From Octopus sinensis (taxonomy: Eukaryota), in the NCBI RefSeq assembly GCF_006345805.1, contig NC_043008.1, positions 14,260,001 to 14,324,000 on the forward strand: a DNA stretch of 64,000 nucleotides. The letters run 5' to 3'. Shown in pieces: positions 13,142 through 27,085 of this stretch. Position 1 is the first letter of the stretch. Every line of letters starts with the position of its first letter. The notes beneath the pieces were generated by a model that saw nothing but the letters and a program-made list of their open reading frames with translations, was not told the origin of the DNA and did no database searches. The translations under genes and the position numbers were made by a program.

Positions 13142-14452
13142 GCACGTGTTTTTGTATGTTCATGTATGTAAAAATCATTTCTGGTTGCGAAAGATAACGA
13201 AACAGATTTTCTCTTTTATCAATCGCTGCATTTTTTTTTCCTTCTTGTATTTCTCGAAGAAAGCCTGAGTGTGTGTGTGTATTGATTGTGCAACGTATAT
13301 AGAGAAAACCAACATCCCTGAGGATAGCTACAGCCTACGCTGGATTCACATGCAATATATTATTACTCGTACAGAATCTCCATGGAACTTGTTTTTGCAT
13401 GTCTTATAAATGTGCACCCTTCCTTCTACTCTGGTTTGCTTTCTCTTCTCGGTCAGTTTGCACAAGGTGTTTATGAATGTGAAAATATCTCAGAACGGGC
13501 TACTACAATTTTTTTGTTGTTGTGTATGCATTGGAAATCTGTGGGCGTATGGACATCTGTGTGTTTCTGTCTGTGTAGGTGTGGATGGATGTATGTATGG
13601 GTGTATGGATGGATATGTTTCTGTTTTGTAAGTGGGAATATTTGCATACTTGTATGTGAAGTGATTTATCTTTTTGTAGCATCTGGAAGGTTTACTCTCA
13701 AGATAAATCTTTCATTATTTTGTTATATTTGTTTTTTGGTTATTTTGTTTTGAATAACTTCGAAGTTATAACTTCACAAGATTTATCTTAAGTTTATTTG
13801 CAAACTTATACAGTATGATCGAATGGTTAAGTAGCTCGCATTCATCAGATACTGAGTTTCATACTTCTGCGCGATTCCCTGGACGCAGTTATTTCTGCCA
13901 TAGTTTCGAGCCGATACAAGATTTCTGGGATATCTCTACTGAAGAAGAAACATAGATATATATATATTGCTGAATCCGAGATATGTCTAAAATACTATTT
14001 ACGCCTGAGATAGTCTTGTATCTCCATAAGGCTACCATTCCCCTTTGTATCTTTTCTATGGGTATTTCTACGGTCATTAATCTAACGGATTTTCTAGTCT
14101 ATTAATCTCAGTCAAAATTTTAAACGGGTCACTCGCTTCTCTTCTCATGCGCATAGTTTCTCTGTTGAGCCTCCTCTTCGTCTGCTAGTCATAAGTTTGT
14201 CTATTCTAATAACTTCTTTCCTCGAAGTGCTGCTCCCTGGAACTCACTACTATCATTTCTGGGTTTTTTTCCTTTGGTTTATGATATTTAATCTTTAATC
14301 ATTCGGTCAATCGTCATCTTGGTATTCATCAATCTCTTCTTTTTCTGATTTGTAGTCCCTTTACTCTACAGTGGCACCGATCCTTGTTTGGAACAACATT
14401 TTATACAGATAAAATTGGAGTAGGCCGAATCAACAAAATACCATTTAATTCA

Positions 14453-14740
14453 CAGGTGTGGGTGTGTGGTAAGAAGCCTGCTTCTCAACCACATGGCTCC
14501 AGGTACAGTTCCACTGCACGGCACCATGGCCAGGTATCTTTTAATCTAGCCTTCGGCTGAGGTTATTGTACTTTGTGTGTGCGTGTTTGTGTTTGTGGAG
14601 TGTAGATATATTTATGCGCGTGTGTCTTTGTGTCATTGTTTATCCCTCATCACCGCTTGACAACCGGTATTGGTGTGTTTACACCCACGTATTTCAGCGG
14701 TTCGGCAATAGACACTAATAGTATAACTACTAAGCTTTAA
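14453..14740 (+). mobile_element. SINE-B, diverged, 3'-incomplete
   Basis: GTGTGGTAAGAAGCCTGCTTCTCAACCACATGG head; TTGACAACCGG...GCGGTTCGGCAA body. Confidence 0.75.
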
Positions 14741-14900
14741 CGTCATGAATGGAACATTTTTGATAATAAATGAGATCATTCAAGTCTGCAGACCAGAATC
14801 ATGTATTACCATAAAGTGTTCCATCAACCACAACAGCTACAACAATAGCAAATAAAATGTATACGGAGCGCAAAGATGGTACTATCATTACCTCTTAATA

Positions 14901-15137
14901 ATGACGGCGAACTGGCAGAAATATTAGTACGCCGGGCGAAATGCTTAGCGGTATTTTGTGTGCCGTTACGTTATGAGTTCAAATTACGCCAAGGTCGACT
15001 TTGCCTTTCATCCTTTCGGGGTCGATAAATTAAGTACCAGTTACGCACTGGGGTCGATGTAATCGACTTAATCCCTTTGTCTGTCTGTCCTTGTTTGTCC
15101 TCTCTGTGTTTAGCCCCTTGAGGATATTAAAGAAATA
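14901..15137 (+). mobile_element. SINE-A with 23 bp TSD
   Basis: TSD GGTACTATCATTACCTCTTAATA at 14878-14900 and 15138-15160; tRNA-like head (TGGCAGAA, GAGTTCAAATT). Confidence 0.95.
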
Positions 15138-16509
15138 GGTACTATCATTACCTCTTAATATCTGTCTGAGTTTCTCCTTCTCTCTCTCTCTCTCTCTCTC
15201 TCACTCACTCTTTATTGTATGCTTAATTCAAAACAATGTGAAGAAATAGACATTGCATTTGACACATTTATCTGAACCCTAAAGGGTTAAAGGTCTAATT
15301 AACATGTTGTTGTTTTGTCGGAGTTCTTTTGTTTTACAAAAACTCGTATTGTTTCACGGAACTAGCAATTGTTGCGACAATGTTACAGTTTATTTGGAGC
15401 TAAACTCTTTGTATCATTTTACAGGTACTTACTTACAATTCATGGGCGTTATTAAAATATCTATGAAAACGGTGAATAGCAGAACCCTTAGCACATCCCG
15501 CAAAAGGATTTGCGCTATTTCTTCCGACTCACTCATTACATTCTGAGTTCAAATTCAACTCATAATGTCAACTTTGAACGTCAACTCTTCTAATAAAGTC
15601 GCTAAATATCAGTAATTAACTAGAATGGACGGTATCCACTTACCCCTTTTTCTCGAAACTGCTGGCCTTGTGCGCCAAAATGTAAAGATGTCATTCATAT
15701 AGTTTTTAGGGGGTCGAGTTAGCAGAGACGTGAAAGCGCCTTAAGTTCAATGTTCAAGCCCTGAAATGGGCAGTTTTGAGTTGACAAAATTAAATGCCTG
15801 TGAAGCATTACAATCCAACAACATCTGCCCCCGCCAATTTTCTCCTCTCAGCATCCATTATTGGTATATTTGTGGGCTTCTTTATTCTCAGATGCCAAAA
15901 GTGTCCTGAATATCTTCTAACTAAATCTCATACAGTTTTGCAACTACGTGATTTTGAGTTCAGCCACACTATACGGTATCTTAGTGGCCTCTACCATAAC
16001 ACAGGGCCGATCAATGCCGATTGAGATAATTTAGGAGACGAAAACTGAACATACATATATATATGTATATCTGTACAGGGTGACCAAAAATATCACCTGA
16101 TTCTCGTTTTGAAAAGTATTGTACGTTTCTCAATTAATTTTATTGTATAGAACAATGATGAATAATAACTGAGAATGAAACAATGATAAATACGAACGAA
16201 AGGGTTCAAAGAGCTCCTCATTCTTTTCGCTACTAGAAAGCAAACGCAAAGCAACGCTGCGACAAGGACTTTTGGCACAGTTCCAAACCAGTTGTGACGA
16301 ATTGCTCGTTAATAACTATTTTTTTAGACTTTAATCATTAAATGAAAATAAAGTACAGTATTGCACTGTATAACACATTAATTAAAATATATTAAAAGAA
16401 AATACGTAGTGTACTGTAGATGAGTGAAAAAAAATCGCGCACACTCTATGGAACACGCAACTCGGGAGGTGAGTGTGTGGTGTTGTTTTGCATTTTTTTT
16501 TTAATATAC

Positions 16510-16589
16510 AGTACTGTTTTTACTTTGCGGATTTTCACTTATCGCGGGGGCTTCTGGAAGGAACAAGGGTGGTAGTCGAGGGATTGCTG
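16510..16589 (+). mobile_element. Right end of a pogo/Tigger-like DNA transposon or MITE
   Basis: GCGGATTTTCACTTATCGCGGGG...CGAGGGATTGCTG resembles Tigger-type termini; matching left end not found. Confidence 0.4.
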
Positions 16590-17268
16590 CATTATGGTTG
16601 CATGACAAAATATGGTGTCCCTACTCCCAATGAATAATAAATAGTTTATTTGGTACCTGATTTTCTTAAGGATACAGTATATGAGTTACGACATCTGCAC
16701 TTAAAGCAATCATATTACACATGTCATACGAACATAATATAATTTTTTATGAATGATAAAGATGACAGATAGACAACACGTTTGTAAAATATAAACATCT
16801 TTGGATTTACTTTTGTACGTTGTCATTTATGATAGACATTTTGTGGTTCGAGAATTTGCTGAGGTAAACTCTTCTTACGTTTACAGCCGAGATATTCATT
16901 CAAAGATTTTTTAATTAATGGCTTGAATTTGCGATTACCTTTATTTACTGTTATGTTTTTAGATTCCATATATTCATCACGATTTGTTTGTTTTTTTCCC
17001 TTCTTTTTCGGATTCATTGTAATTATTTTCAGAGTTCTTTCCTTACCTTTCGTTGATAACAATATATCAAAACTGTTTTTTTGATTCCAGAATTTGCTGA
17101 CATCATCGTATGATAGGTTTTTTTTTAATTACCGATGTTTTTTTTATTAAAGCATATATATATATAAAGTTTCTCTTATTCCTAAATAAAGTGAATGGGT
17201 AATACAATTTAAGACGAATAATGCTTAGTTAAAATATGCCAACTCTTACGTATGTATGAGTGCATGTT

Positions 17269-17302
<34 letters not shown>

Positions 17303-17408
17303 CTATATATATATATACAGATAAACGGTGAAATATAATTAATTTAATAAAATCAATAAATTTCATCTAGTAGTATTTCGGTATGGAAAAGACCATATTC
17401 AGTAAAAG

Positions 17409-17569
17409 TTAATTTATATAATTATAATAAGGGTTTTTTGCATTCTTTGTGGAGACTTATTTTTGTAGTAATAGATATAGTAGCCCTTTGACTGCTATTT
17501 CTAATATTTTCGGTATGTTGTTTAAGCAACTTGTTGCAAAAAAACCCTTATTATAATTATATAAATTAA
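17409..17569. repeat. Short foldback with ~34 bp arms
   Basis: TTAATTTATATAATTATAATAAGGGTTTTTTGCA and its reverse complement; internal CTGCTATTTCTA motif. Confidence 0.85.
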
Positions 17570-17571
17570 TT

Positions 17572-17610
<39 letters not shown>

Positions 17611-17765
17611 AAAGCAATTAAGATTAAAGTGAGTTCTGTTGAATTCACATGTATGCGGTACTTAACTTAGATGCACCAGAAATCTATATGGTGTTAACCA
17701 TAAAATAATGCAGGGTGATTATAAATAAGAAAAAAACATATTTTTCTTATTTATATATATATATA

Positions 17766-17842
17766 TACCATCTGATGATCTTGTAGATGTCTGCGGGTTT
17801 ATATACGTAGATATTAACAAGTGAAATCAATGGGTCGTAGGT
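17766..17842 (+). ncRNA. Degenerate type I hammerhead motif with long stem II
   Basis: CTGATGA at 17772-78; stem II CTTGT-AGATGTCTGCG / CGTAGATATT-ACAAG; GAAA at 17823-26; GTC at 17834-36; weak stem I; starts immediately after (TA)n. Confidence 0.55.
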
Positions 17843-18248
17843 AATCGTTTATATTTCGTATGTTTTCATTTTTCTTACTCATTTTTGCATTTTGACATTT
17901 TGCTGGGATTTTTTTCTTGAGAAAATATTCTTCGTGGTAATGGTGATTTGACGTCTGTGTTTAGCATATAGGGTGTCCACTTTAGTGGTCATTCCTCATA
18001 ATTTTGTGTGTATATATATATATATATATATATCGGAGTAGAATGAAACAGGGAATTTGGTTAATTTTTTTTATTATAACATCATCGATTACATAATCTT
18101 TTCAACTGTATTGCTGGCATAAACCAGGAAGGGATATGGGATCGTTAACAAGACGATCGCATAACCACCATCTGAACAGGCAGGTAACAAACAACAGATC
18201 AAATTAGCTTTTACTTCTGACGATCTAGCGTTAATTGGTAATTATTCA

Positions 18249-18486
18249 CCCTTAAGGCAGCGAGCTGGCAGAAACGTTAGCACGTCGGGCGAAATGCTCC
18301 GCGGTATTTCGTCTGCCGCTACGTTCTGAGTTCAAATTCCGCCGAGGTCGACTTTGCCTTTCATTCTTTCGGCGTCGATAAATTAAGGACCAGTTACGCA
18401 CTGGGGTTGGCATAATCGACTTAATCCGTTTGTCTTTCCTTGTTTGTTCTCCCTGTGTTTAGGCCCCTGAGGGTTGTAAACGAATA
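18249..18486 (+). mobile_element. SINE-A with 12 bp TSD
   Basis: TSD GGTAATTATTCA at 18237-48 and 18487-98. Confidence 0.93.
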
Positions 18487-19089
18487 GGTAATTATTCAGC
18501 CGTCTATATCATGATAACAGCATGGTGTACAAATATTCGTTAGTGAAACACGTGTAATATATGCTGTTATAATAAAAAAAATTACCGAATCTCCGAATTT
18601 ACTCTGTTTTGAGATATATTCTCTGTAATTTATTTAAGTGTGTATAATTTAAAAGTAATATTTCAGGACAAATAAAATGCTGATGAATACGTTAGCTACA
18701 TAATTGAAACTTTTCCTATTTTAAAAATAAATATTTAATGCCAATGAAACTACTTTCCACTGTAAGAACAGTAAGAACGTATATATCATTAACAGAAAAG
18801 ATGTTAACATCGAAATATAGAATTACAGTATTATTATACCGTAATATATTCGATAGCTGTTTCATAAAGTTATCATTAATTAATATGGTTCTTATTCCAC
18901 CTGCTATATATGATATCATTAAATCAAAAATACTATTCGAGAATATAAGTATGTAAATATGAGAATTACTATAATAATCAAAAACAAGTTTTATCAGAAT
19001 TCTTTGTTTTTTCCTTTTGCTCAGTTTAATGGATATGAAACTTTTGCAAAAAAAAAAATTATATTGGTTTCACAATGTTATTAGAATAT

Positions 19090-19625
19090 AAGCGTAGGCA
19101 TTGCTCGTTGGTGATAAATATCGTATTACAATAATGTGGTTTCGGATTCCATTTCACTGCGCAGCACCTTGGGTGAATATCTCCTATAATAGCCCTCGGC
19201 CACCCAATACTTTGTAGTGACGCTACTGTGGAAGTTTCAGCGCGTATGCTCAGGAACTGCAACTTGAGAGCGTAAGCGCTAAATCGGTCATTTTAGCAGA
19301 GCAGCCCTAACGAACGGACGTGACTAAAACTTCTCTCAGGGAAAAACCCTCCGCATAAAGAAGCTCTCTTCGGCGCGGAAACGGAAGTCCTGTGGACTTG
19401 GCTGCCGGTTCGCCCTTAAGAAATATATATGCATATATTTTACCTGTGAGCCCGAAGAATAAAGTACTATTTATTGTTTTCGAAGACAGCCGGATTTTTG
19501 GTTCCTTATCTTCGACTTGTATGTGACAAGATAAGACTAGACACCCCTCCAGTGTTCCTGAACTCTCATCTTGTTACAACTTTTTAAGTGTCTTGGTAAA
19601 GAGAAACTATGTAGAAGCCGCTTGT
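19090..19625 (+). mobile_element. Old SINE-B interrupted by a solo LTR
   Basis: CACTGCGCAGCACCTTGGG...CCAATACTT before the LTR and AAGTGTCTTGGTAAAGAGAAACT...GAAGCC after it. Confidence 0.65.
19213..19578 (+). mobile_element. Solo LTR, 366 bp, 4 bp TSD (Gypsy-like)
   Basis: TGT...ACA termini; TSD ACTT at 19209-12 and 19579-82; TATA-like run near 19423; AATAAA at 19458-63; GC-richer than flanks. Confidence 0.8.
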
Positions 19626-19834
19626 TAAACTAACCCGTTTGTTGTTTGTCAACCTGTCTTCGTCTTTTGTCTTTTTGTAAATTCCAACTATATATTGCAT
19701 GCTCACGTAGTCGCACCAATTTTATTCTGTTTCTACCTCCCACACTTCGGATTTACACGTGGATTTTCTGCACCTCTCCTCGTCTACACATGGATTTCAC
19801 TGGACTCTTGCGTTGATGAGAAATCACTCCAATA

Positions 19835-20026
19835 CACCACGACGTGTGGTAAGAAACTTGCTTCCCAACCAACTTATTCCGGGTTCAGTCCTACTACATG
19901 GTAGCTTGGGCAGGTATCATCTACTATGGCCTCGGGCCGACCCGACCGAAGCCTTGTGAGTAAATTTTGCAGACAGAAACTGAAAGAAGCCACACACATA
20001 CACATATATATATAATATATATGTAT

Positions 20027-20083
<57 letters not shown>

Positions 20084-20730
20084 GTAAATATAAGAGAGTT
20101 AACGTTAAATAGGTTAACTCTAGTGCTGAGAAATAGCTCCTCCGGTTGATGGTTTATAGATATATATGTGAGTATAATTTGCATATTATATTGATAAAGA
20201 AACAATTGTACAACATTAATCTACTTTTTAGTTGTATTTCACTTTTCTTACGTTGAGGGTAGTGCTATTTCTATGTGGAGGTATCATCAGCGATTATACC
20301 AGAGGAGCTATTTCTAGCACTAGAGTTAACCTATTTAACGTTAACTCTCTTATATTTACGGATAAATATGTATCGTCTCCCTGGTTTGCTATGTGCTAGG
20401 TCGCTTGGTGTTAAAATAAGGGTATTATTAAATTAATATCTAATTTTTCCCCCTCATTTTTGAATGTATATATATATATATATATATATATGCATATGTA
20501 TACCGCTGTGTGTGTGACTTAGTGTTTGTCTCCCACCAAAGTCAGTATGTGTTTATGTCCCTGTAAGTTAGCTGTTCGGTTTGACAAAAGATTCCGATAG
20601 AATAAGTGCCAAGCGTTAAAGGAAAATAAGTTTAAGTTTGAGACATTTGTCTTACAAAATTCTTCTAGACGATGCTCCAGTGTGGCCGCTGTCCAATGAC
20701 CGAGACAGGTAAACAGATAGTGAAACAGGA
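19835..20730 (+). mobile_element. SINE-B split by insertions into its internal (TA)n
   Basis: 5' half at 19835-19992; diverged 3' half at 20505-20730 (GATAGAATAAG...GATGCTCCAGTGTGGCCGC). Confidence 0.6.
20083..20360. mobile_element. Foldback element with ~59 bp inverted arms
   Basis: CGTAAATATAAGAGAG...GAAATAGCTCCTC at 20083-20142 and reverse complement at 20302-20360. Confidence 0.85.
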
Positions 20731-20984
20731 AAGGAACTTTTAGTCCAGACATAATTTGTATTGCCACGTCAACAGGAAGTGAACGGCAGGAAGTTTTAGT
20801 TGCTGAAGAAATTGATAAACTGTTTATGGAATTAAAAATTAGTTAAAATTTAGTTGATATGGTCAGCGTAATTACATATGGCGAAAGAGAGCCACACATT
20901 ACTAAAGCGGCCTTACTGATTACGAATAGGATATGGATTACTGATGGCAAGAGATTATCAGGCAACCTGGCACTTCGGTAGAAG

Positions 20985-21075
20985 AAGAAGAAGAAGAAGA
21001 AGAAGAAGAAGAAGAAGGAGAAGGACGAGGAGGAGAAGGAGAAGAAAAAGAAAATGAAGAAGGAGATGAGGTAGA

Positions 21076-21115
<40 letters not shown>

Positions 21116-21395
21116 AAAGAGGAAGAAGAAGAAGAAGACGATGATAATGATGCAGATGATGATGAAGAAGAAGAAGAAGAAGAAGAAAAGAAAGAAGAAG
21201 AAGAAGGAGAAGATGATGATGATAATGATGATGATGAAGAAGAAGAAGAAGAAGAGAAGAAGAAAAAGAAGAGGAAGAAGAAGAAGAGGAAGAAAAAGAA
21301 GAAGAAGAAGAAGAAGAAGAAGAAGAAGAAGAAGAAGAAGAAGAAGAAGAAGAAGAAGAAGAAGGAAAAGAGGAAGAAGATTAAAACAAGAAGAA
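20985..21395. repeat. (AAG)n-dominated purine microsatellite
   Basis: Directly visible. Confidence 0.95.
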
Positions 21396-21589
21396 GAATT
21401 CATTTTAATATTTGATAAGATGAAAACATCGTAACCGGTTATATTTTAAACCACTTGCTTGTTGTAACAAAACTATTTAACATTCTCCAAAGTATACTTT
21501 TGTGCTTTTTGCCAAATTAATTTATGTCTTTAACCATAATATTTGATTTGTATGGAATCCTAACTTCTCCGCTGAAAACTACAAGTCTT

Positions 21590-21740
21590 TTTTCATTCTC
21601 TCTCTGTTTATTTTTCTCTTATTTCTTTCTGTTGAAGAGCGTAGGCTCAAAACATAAGAGACTTTTACATGTTGCCCATGCGTCAAACTGATACATTTGC
21701 TTTTTGGTTCATACACGTGACTTCATTTTTTGTTTCTCTA
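21590..21740 (+). mobile_element. PLE-I short unit, HHR decayed
   Basis: TCTTT CTGTTGA A GAG CGTAGG CTC AAAACAT AAGAG at 21624-60 (GAAA and ACGT mutated). Confidence 0.65.
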
Positions 21741-21806
21741 TTTTAGATAGAGAATTTTATATAGATAGATATAGACGTATATCTGTCTATCTATTTATCT
21801 ACACAA

Positions 21807-21841
<35 letters not shown>

Positions 21842-21884
21842 TGTGTATGCACGTGTGTAGATAAATAGATAGATAGATTAGGTA

Positions 21885-22245
21885 GATATACCAAGGACTC
21901 CAAATTTGCCATCAAGATGTAGGACAAGATACTGATAGTCTGGGCTTCAGAGGCCCACAGCTCTTCAATATCCTCCCGAAGAACCTGAGAGACCTGCATG
22001 GGGTGGATGCAGATGTCTTTAAAATAAAACTGGACCTCTTCCTGCCAGGTGTCCCAGATGAACCAACTTCACGGCAGGAGGTGCAGATGAGGGCAGCTGC
22101 ATCGAACTCTCTTATGCATCAAATGGCAGTTGCTAAAAAGCATTCGTGAAGTAAAATCAAGTAGCAACACCAAATGGCGGTGCCCCAGCATGGCCACAGC
22201 ACGTGAGCTGAAACTAGATAAAATGAAATAAATAAATATAAAATA
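21885..22245 (+). mobile_element. CR1-like LINE 3' end (ORF2 C-terminus plus 3' UTR)
   Basis: SLGFRGPQLFNILPKNLRDL..DVFKIKLDLFLPGVPDEP..RAAASNSLMHQ; UTR GGCGGTGCCCCAGCATGGCCACAGC..GCTGAAAC. Confidence 0.75.
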
Positions 22246-22254
22246 CATCTATCC

Positions 22255-22590
22255 GCGATAGAGATATACATCTATCCGAGGTTTATCCGGGAATTTTTGA
22301 AAGGATTTGTCCAAAGACTTCTTGAACTTTCTGGGGCTTGTCTCTGCCTTAATGTGTTTTGGTGTAATGTTCAAGAGACCGGGGCTAATGGAGTTGAAAT
22401 AATTGTGCCGTATTATTGTTATGTGATGCGAATATGATTTTCGTTGTGGGCGGATACCACAAGGGCCCAGGTCTTGGGTGTATCTTAAACGTGCACCTGT
22501 TTTTGGCAACCAGGATTTGATGGGGGCTGGGGTTGAGCTAACGTACAGGACATGAATTTGATCCATACAAACAAACCATTTATGCAAGTC
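22255..22590 (-). mobile_element. Second CR1-like LINE ORF2 C-terminal fragment, tail-to-tail with the first
   Basis: ORF track: YFNSISPGLLNITPKHIK..KFKKSLDKSFQKFPDKP, same motif pattern as the plus-strand copy. Confidence 0.6.
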
Positions 22591-23302
22591 ATCTGGCTAA
22601 ACAAAACTGAGTATTCCCATTATATCCCCCACCGGGGAGTGCATCGTGTGTGTGTGTTTGTGTGTGTGTGTGTAAATCTAGTAACATGTGTATTCATCCA
22701 TATATATATATATATATATATATATTAAGTTCAATATACTATTACTTCAATTTAGTTGGCGATCTATTTTAAAAGTGTAATTAGAACATGTCTACATCAA
22801 CTTACGCGATGTTGATTTACATGGAGACATGCAGAGCCGTCTGTCCTGTAAATTAACCGGCAAAAGCTTGTGGATATAGATAGATACTTTTCCTTTATAT
22901 ATATATATATTATATATATATATATATATATATTATATCGCTAGATACTTTCATATATATATATATATATATGTATGCATATATGTTTGTAAATATTTAC
23001 ATATGTGTTTATAAATTTATGTACGTTTTTGTCTAAAACTCTGTGCGAGTGCGCGTTCCAATTCCCTGTTGAGCACAGGAGAAAAGTTTCCAAAGAAAAC
23101 TTGTGCACGTATGCACAAGAGTCTGTATGCATACACGTATGTTTATATATATGAATACACACCTATATATATTTATATACATATATGTACATATGCATAT
23201 ATTACATATAGATATGTATATGTATGTGTATATTCACATATAAAATGAATAAATATGTATGAACATATATATATATATATATATATATTTTATACATATA
23301 TA

Positions 23303-23363
<61 letters not shown>

Positions 23364-23367
23364 ATAG

Positions 23368-23398
<31 letters not shown>

Positions 23399-24249
23399 TG
23401 CGTGTATGTGTGTGTATATATATATATATATATAATATATATTGCTTCAGTATTTGTTTTTGTGTCATATCTTAATTATCTTTGCCTCACTAGTCATTAT
23501 AACTCACCATTTAGACTCCCATTAAAATGTATTGCTTGAGAACAGATACTTGACAAGACGCAACTCTGCTACTGCCACCTCCACTGATAGAACAGGAAGA
23601 ACGGTGGACCAGGTTATCACGACGTTGTTGTCTCTCTTGCAGTAGATGCAGTTGTTTTAGCCATTGTTGTTATAGTTTTTCTAGTTTGTTATAGTTTTTT
23701 AAGTTGTTTTTTCTTTAGTTGAGTTTTTTTTTTTGTATGTGTATATTATTTGTGTTAGATTTGTTTCCATCAATCTTCATTCTTGAGTGGATTTCCTTTC
23801 AATTATTATTCCGCTTTCCTCTCCTGAATGTTCATTATCAGGAGAATAACATTATTATTTCTGCTTTTGCCGTCTTAATTTGTTTACTTAATTGTTCTAT
23901 TCAGCTGTGTATTTATGAGAAATTTCCCTGCGTGATTAACATGTGTGACGTGTGGACTTGTGCGTTCTGTATGCGTATCTCTCTGGGTGTGAGTCGTTGT
24001 GTGTCTATATGTATAGATGTATGTATGTGAGATGGTGTGTATATGCTTGTGCTCGCGCGAGTATTTGTGTGTGCATGTGCATTCTATTGTAACTTTTGTT
24101 TCATATTCATTCTACCATACTTAAATGCCATTTTCAGTCAATACGTGGAACTTGAAAATATATCATTCAGGCGGTTTCTGATGTGCGCCCCACAAAAACA
24201 TAACATACATTATATATATACACACACATAATGTCTCATATATATATAT

Positions 24250-24280
<31 letters not shown>

Positions 24281-24321
24281 GTATGTATATATATATACAT
24301 ATATACATACGCATATATCTA

Positions 24322-24361
<40 letters not shown>

Positions 24362-24897
24362 TCTATGTATACATACTCATCTATCTGTATATATATGTAC
24401 ACTTACACTGGCGCACACACACACATACACACACACATACTTACATATATATATATATATGAATGATTAGCACTAGCACTAGAGGCCACAATGATGTTGT
24501 GGACTCAAGAGTCAAGAATAGCAAGAGAGTAAATATTTATTTATAAATATAATCAGCGACAGATTTCTAAATATTTCAAACTCAGTGTCTGGTCGAACTA
24601 ATGGTTTGACAGAATCATAAATTGGAAATAGCCTATTTGGAATATAATGGCATAAGTATCAATACTGACTTGGAGCACGTTTTATTGTAACATTGAGTCC
24701 AACAAAAAGTGTTTTATTTCGCTTGAAAACTCGTAAGAGATTAACTAAGGTAGGGTTACATATTAAGTAACGAATGGCAGGGTAAAAGGTTTTTCTTCTA
24801 ATATTGATGTTACTAAACTGGAACGGAGAAAAGAGTGAAACTAGTAATAAAAGAATTAAAATGCTTTTCGATAATCTTATATTATATGAAATATATA

Positions 24898-25416
<519 letters not shown>

Positions 25417-25422
25417 TATATA

Positions 25423-25493
<71 letters not shown>

Positions 25494-26701
25494 AATGGCG
25501 GTGCCCCAGCATGGCCACAGCTCATTAGCTGAAACTGGAAAAATCAAAAAAAAAAAATATTCAACCTAGTGTCTTTACCTTAAGCTTCACGAAATTAAGA
25601 ACTTTCAAACGGGTACTACTCATCTAAATATTTACATGAGTATGGAAGATCTCTCCTTCCCAATTGCAGCTGCTCTTAATTGACATTTGGTAATTACGCG
25701 ATAATTCAATAAATTAAGAATTAATGCTGTGTAGTACTGGATATACCTGCATTTTCTCTCTCTCTTTCTCTCTTTCTCTCATATGTGTGTGTATGTGTGT
25801 TGGGTGTATGTGTATTGTGTATATACGTGTTATGTATGTGTGTGTCTGTGTGAATGTGAGGTACGTGGCCTAGAGGTTAGGGTTTCAATTCCTAGACCGG
25901 GTGGTGCGTTGTGTTCTTGAGCAGAACACTTCATCTCACGTTTCTCTGCGATCTCTTCGACACCTGACACCTGGCACCCCGTGTACCTATTCAGATAACG
26001 ACAATTTATGAAGAGAATGAGCTAATATGCAACACACACATTTCCAACAGAAAAGTTCATAGTACACATAATTGTGCTTCTGTGTGTGTATACATGAGTG
26101 TGTTTTAGTGTTCAGAAGATATTGGCCAACTTTTGGTTATTGTAAAATATAAATGTAGATGGAGAGGAGAACATAATCTAGCTCAGGTGGTGAAAATAAA
26201 TTATTAATTCTATCAGATATATTATCTTCCTTTTTCTTTCTTTCATATAAAAATCTATAATTCAAACACAGAGAATTTACAACGGAACAAGATTCTGTTT
26301 TACAAACCTTTATAAATCATTGGAAAGTGAAAAGCCTTAATGTCTCAAACAGAGAACATACCGAGTCAGGAAAATATCTTTAAATGATACAAAAGAGATG
26401 AGGCAAGAAAATGACAGAAATAAGTATTCACTTCTAAAAAAATGTTATTTTTCAAATTAATATTTAATATTTCAAATTCAAAATGTTTTGTATACGGTAT
26501 TTCTATGTTTTATTACTACGATGCGTCGAAAGCAGGCACACTCAATGGTAGATTTCAATTACCAATGGAAGGAAATATTTGTCCTTGTTGTATCATGGAA
26601 TGTGACATGTTGGGGCACAGAATCAGAAGGTTTTATGGGGTAGTACAGACACTGATACAAAGTCACACGAACTCATACATAAACACACACAGGCGCGCGC
26701 G

Positions 26702-26738
<37 letters not shown>

Positions 26739-26869
26739 CATCCACAACCACACACGCAAACACACACACACAGACCTGTGTGCACGCACATACCTACACA
26801 TACACACACATACCTCCTTCTCTTGCACTCTGCTGCCTTAGAATGAACTTTTTCTTCACCCATTCCCTT

Positions 26870-27075
26870 CAGGTCATTTCAATGTGACCGCGTGTTTATC
26901 GTTGGCGATTTTCTTTCTCCGTCTTCCCTTCTTTGGACTTTTTCTATATATCTGATGAAGAGCTCCGCTCGAAGCAGAGAATCCTCATCCTTCTGTTTCC
27001 TTTCCTGAGCGTCCAATAACACTGCACTTATTCCAACTCCTCACGTTGTTGTTTTTTCTTGCTTGTTCATTTTGG
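26870..27075 (+). mobile_element. PLE-I-related terminal unit with canonical-core HHR remnant
   Basis: CTGATGA A GAG CTCCG CTC GAAG at 26952-73; downstream TTTCCTGAGCGTCCAATAA shared with PLE-I ends and with 49300-49380. Confidence 0.55.
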
Positions 27076-27085
27076 GATTGGGGCA

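Noticed and set aside
13821-13860. Minus-strand GAAACTCAGTA-T-CTGATGA (type II hammerhead order)
   Set aside because: Only 1 nt where stem I should be; cannot fold; probably chance or rearrangement
17365-17405. Minus-strand CTGAATA...GAAATAC, and similarly CTGATGA...GAAATAGC at 20260-20292
   Set aside because: Core or stems II/III do not pair convincingly and no stem I is evident
24480-24880. Possible further decayed PLE linker (YVTLP*LISYEFS..YFQF) on the minus strand
   Set aside because: Similarity is too short and interrupted to support without an alignment
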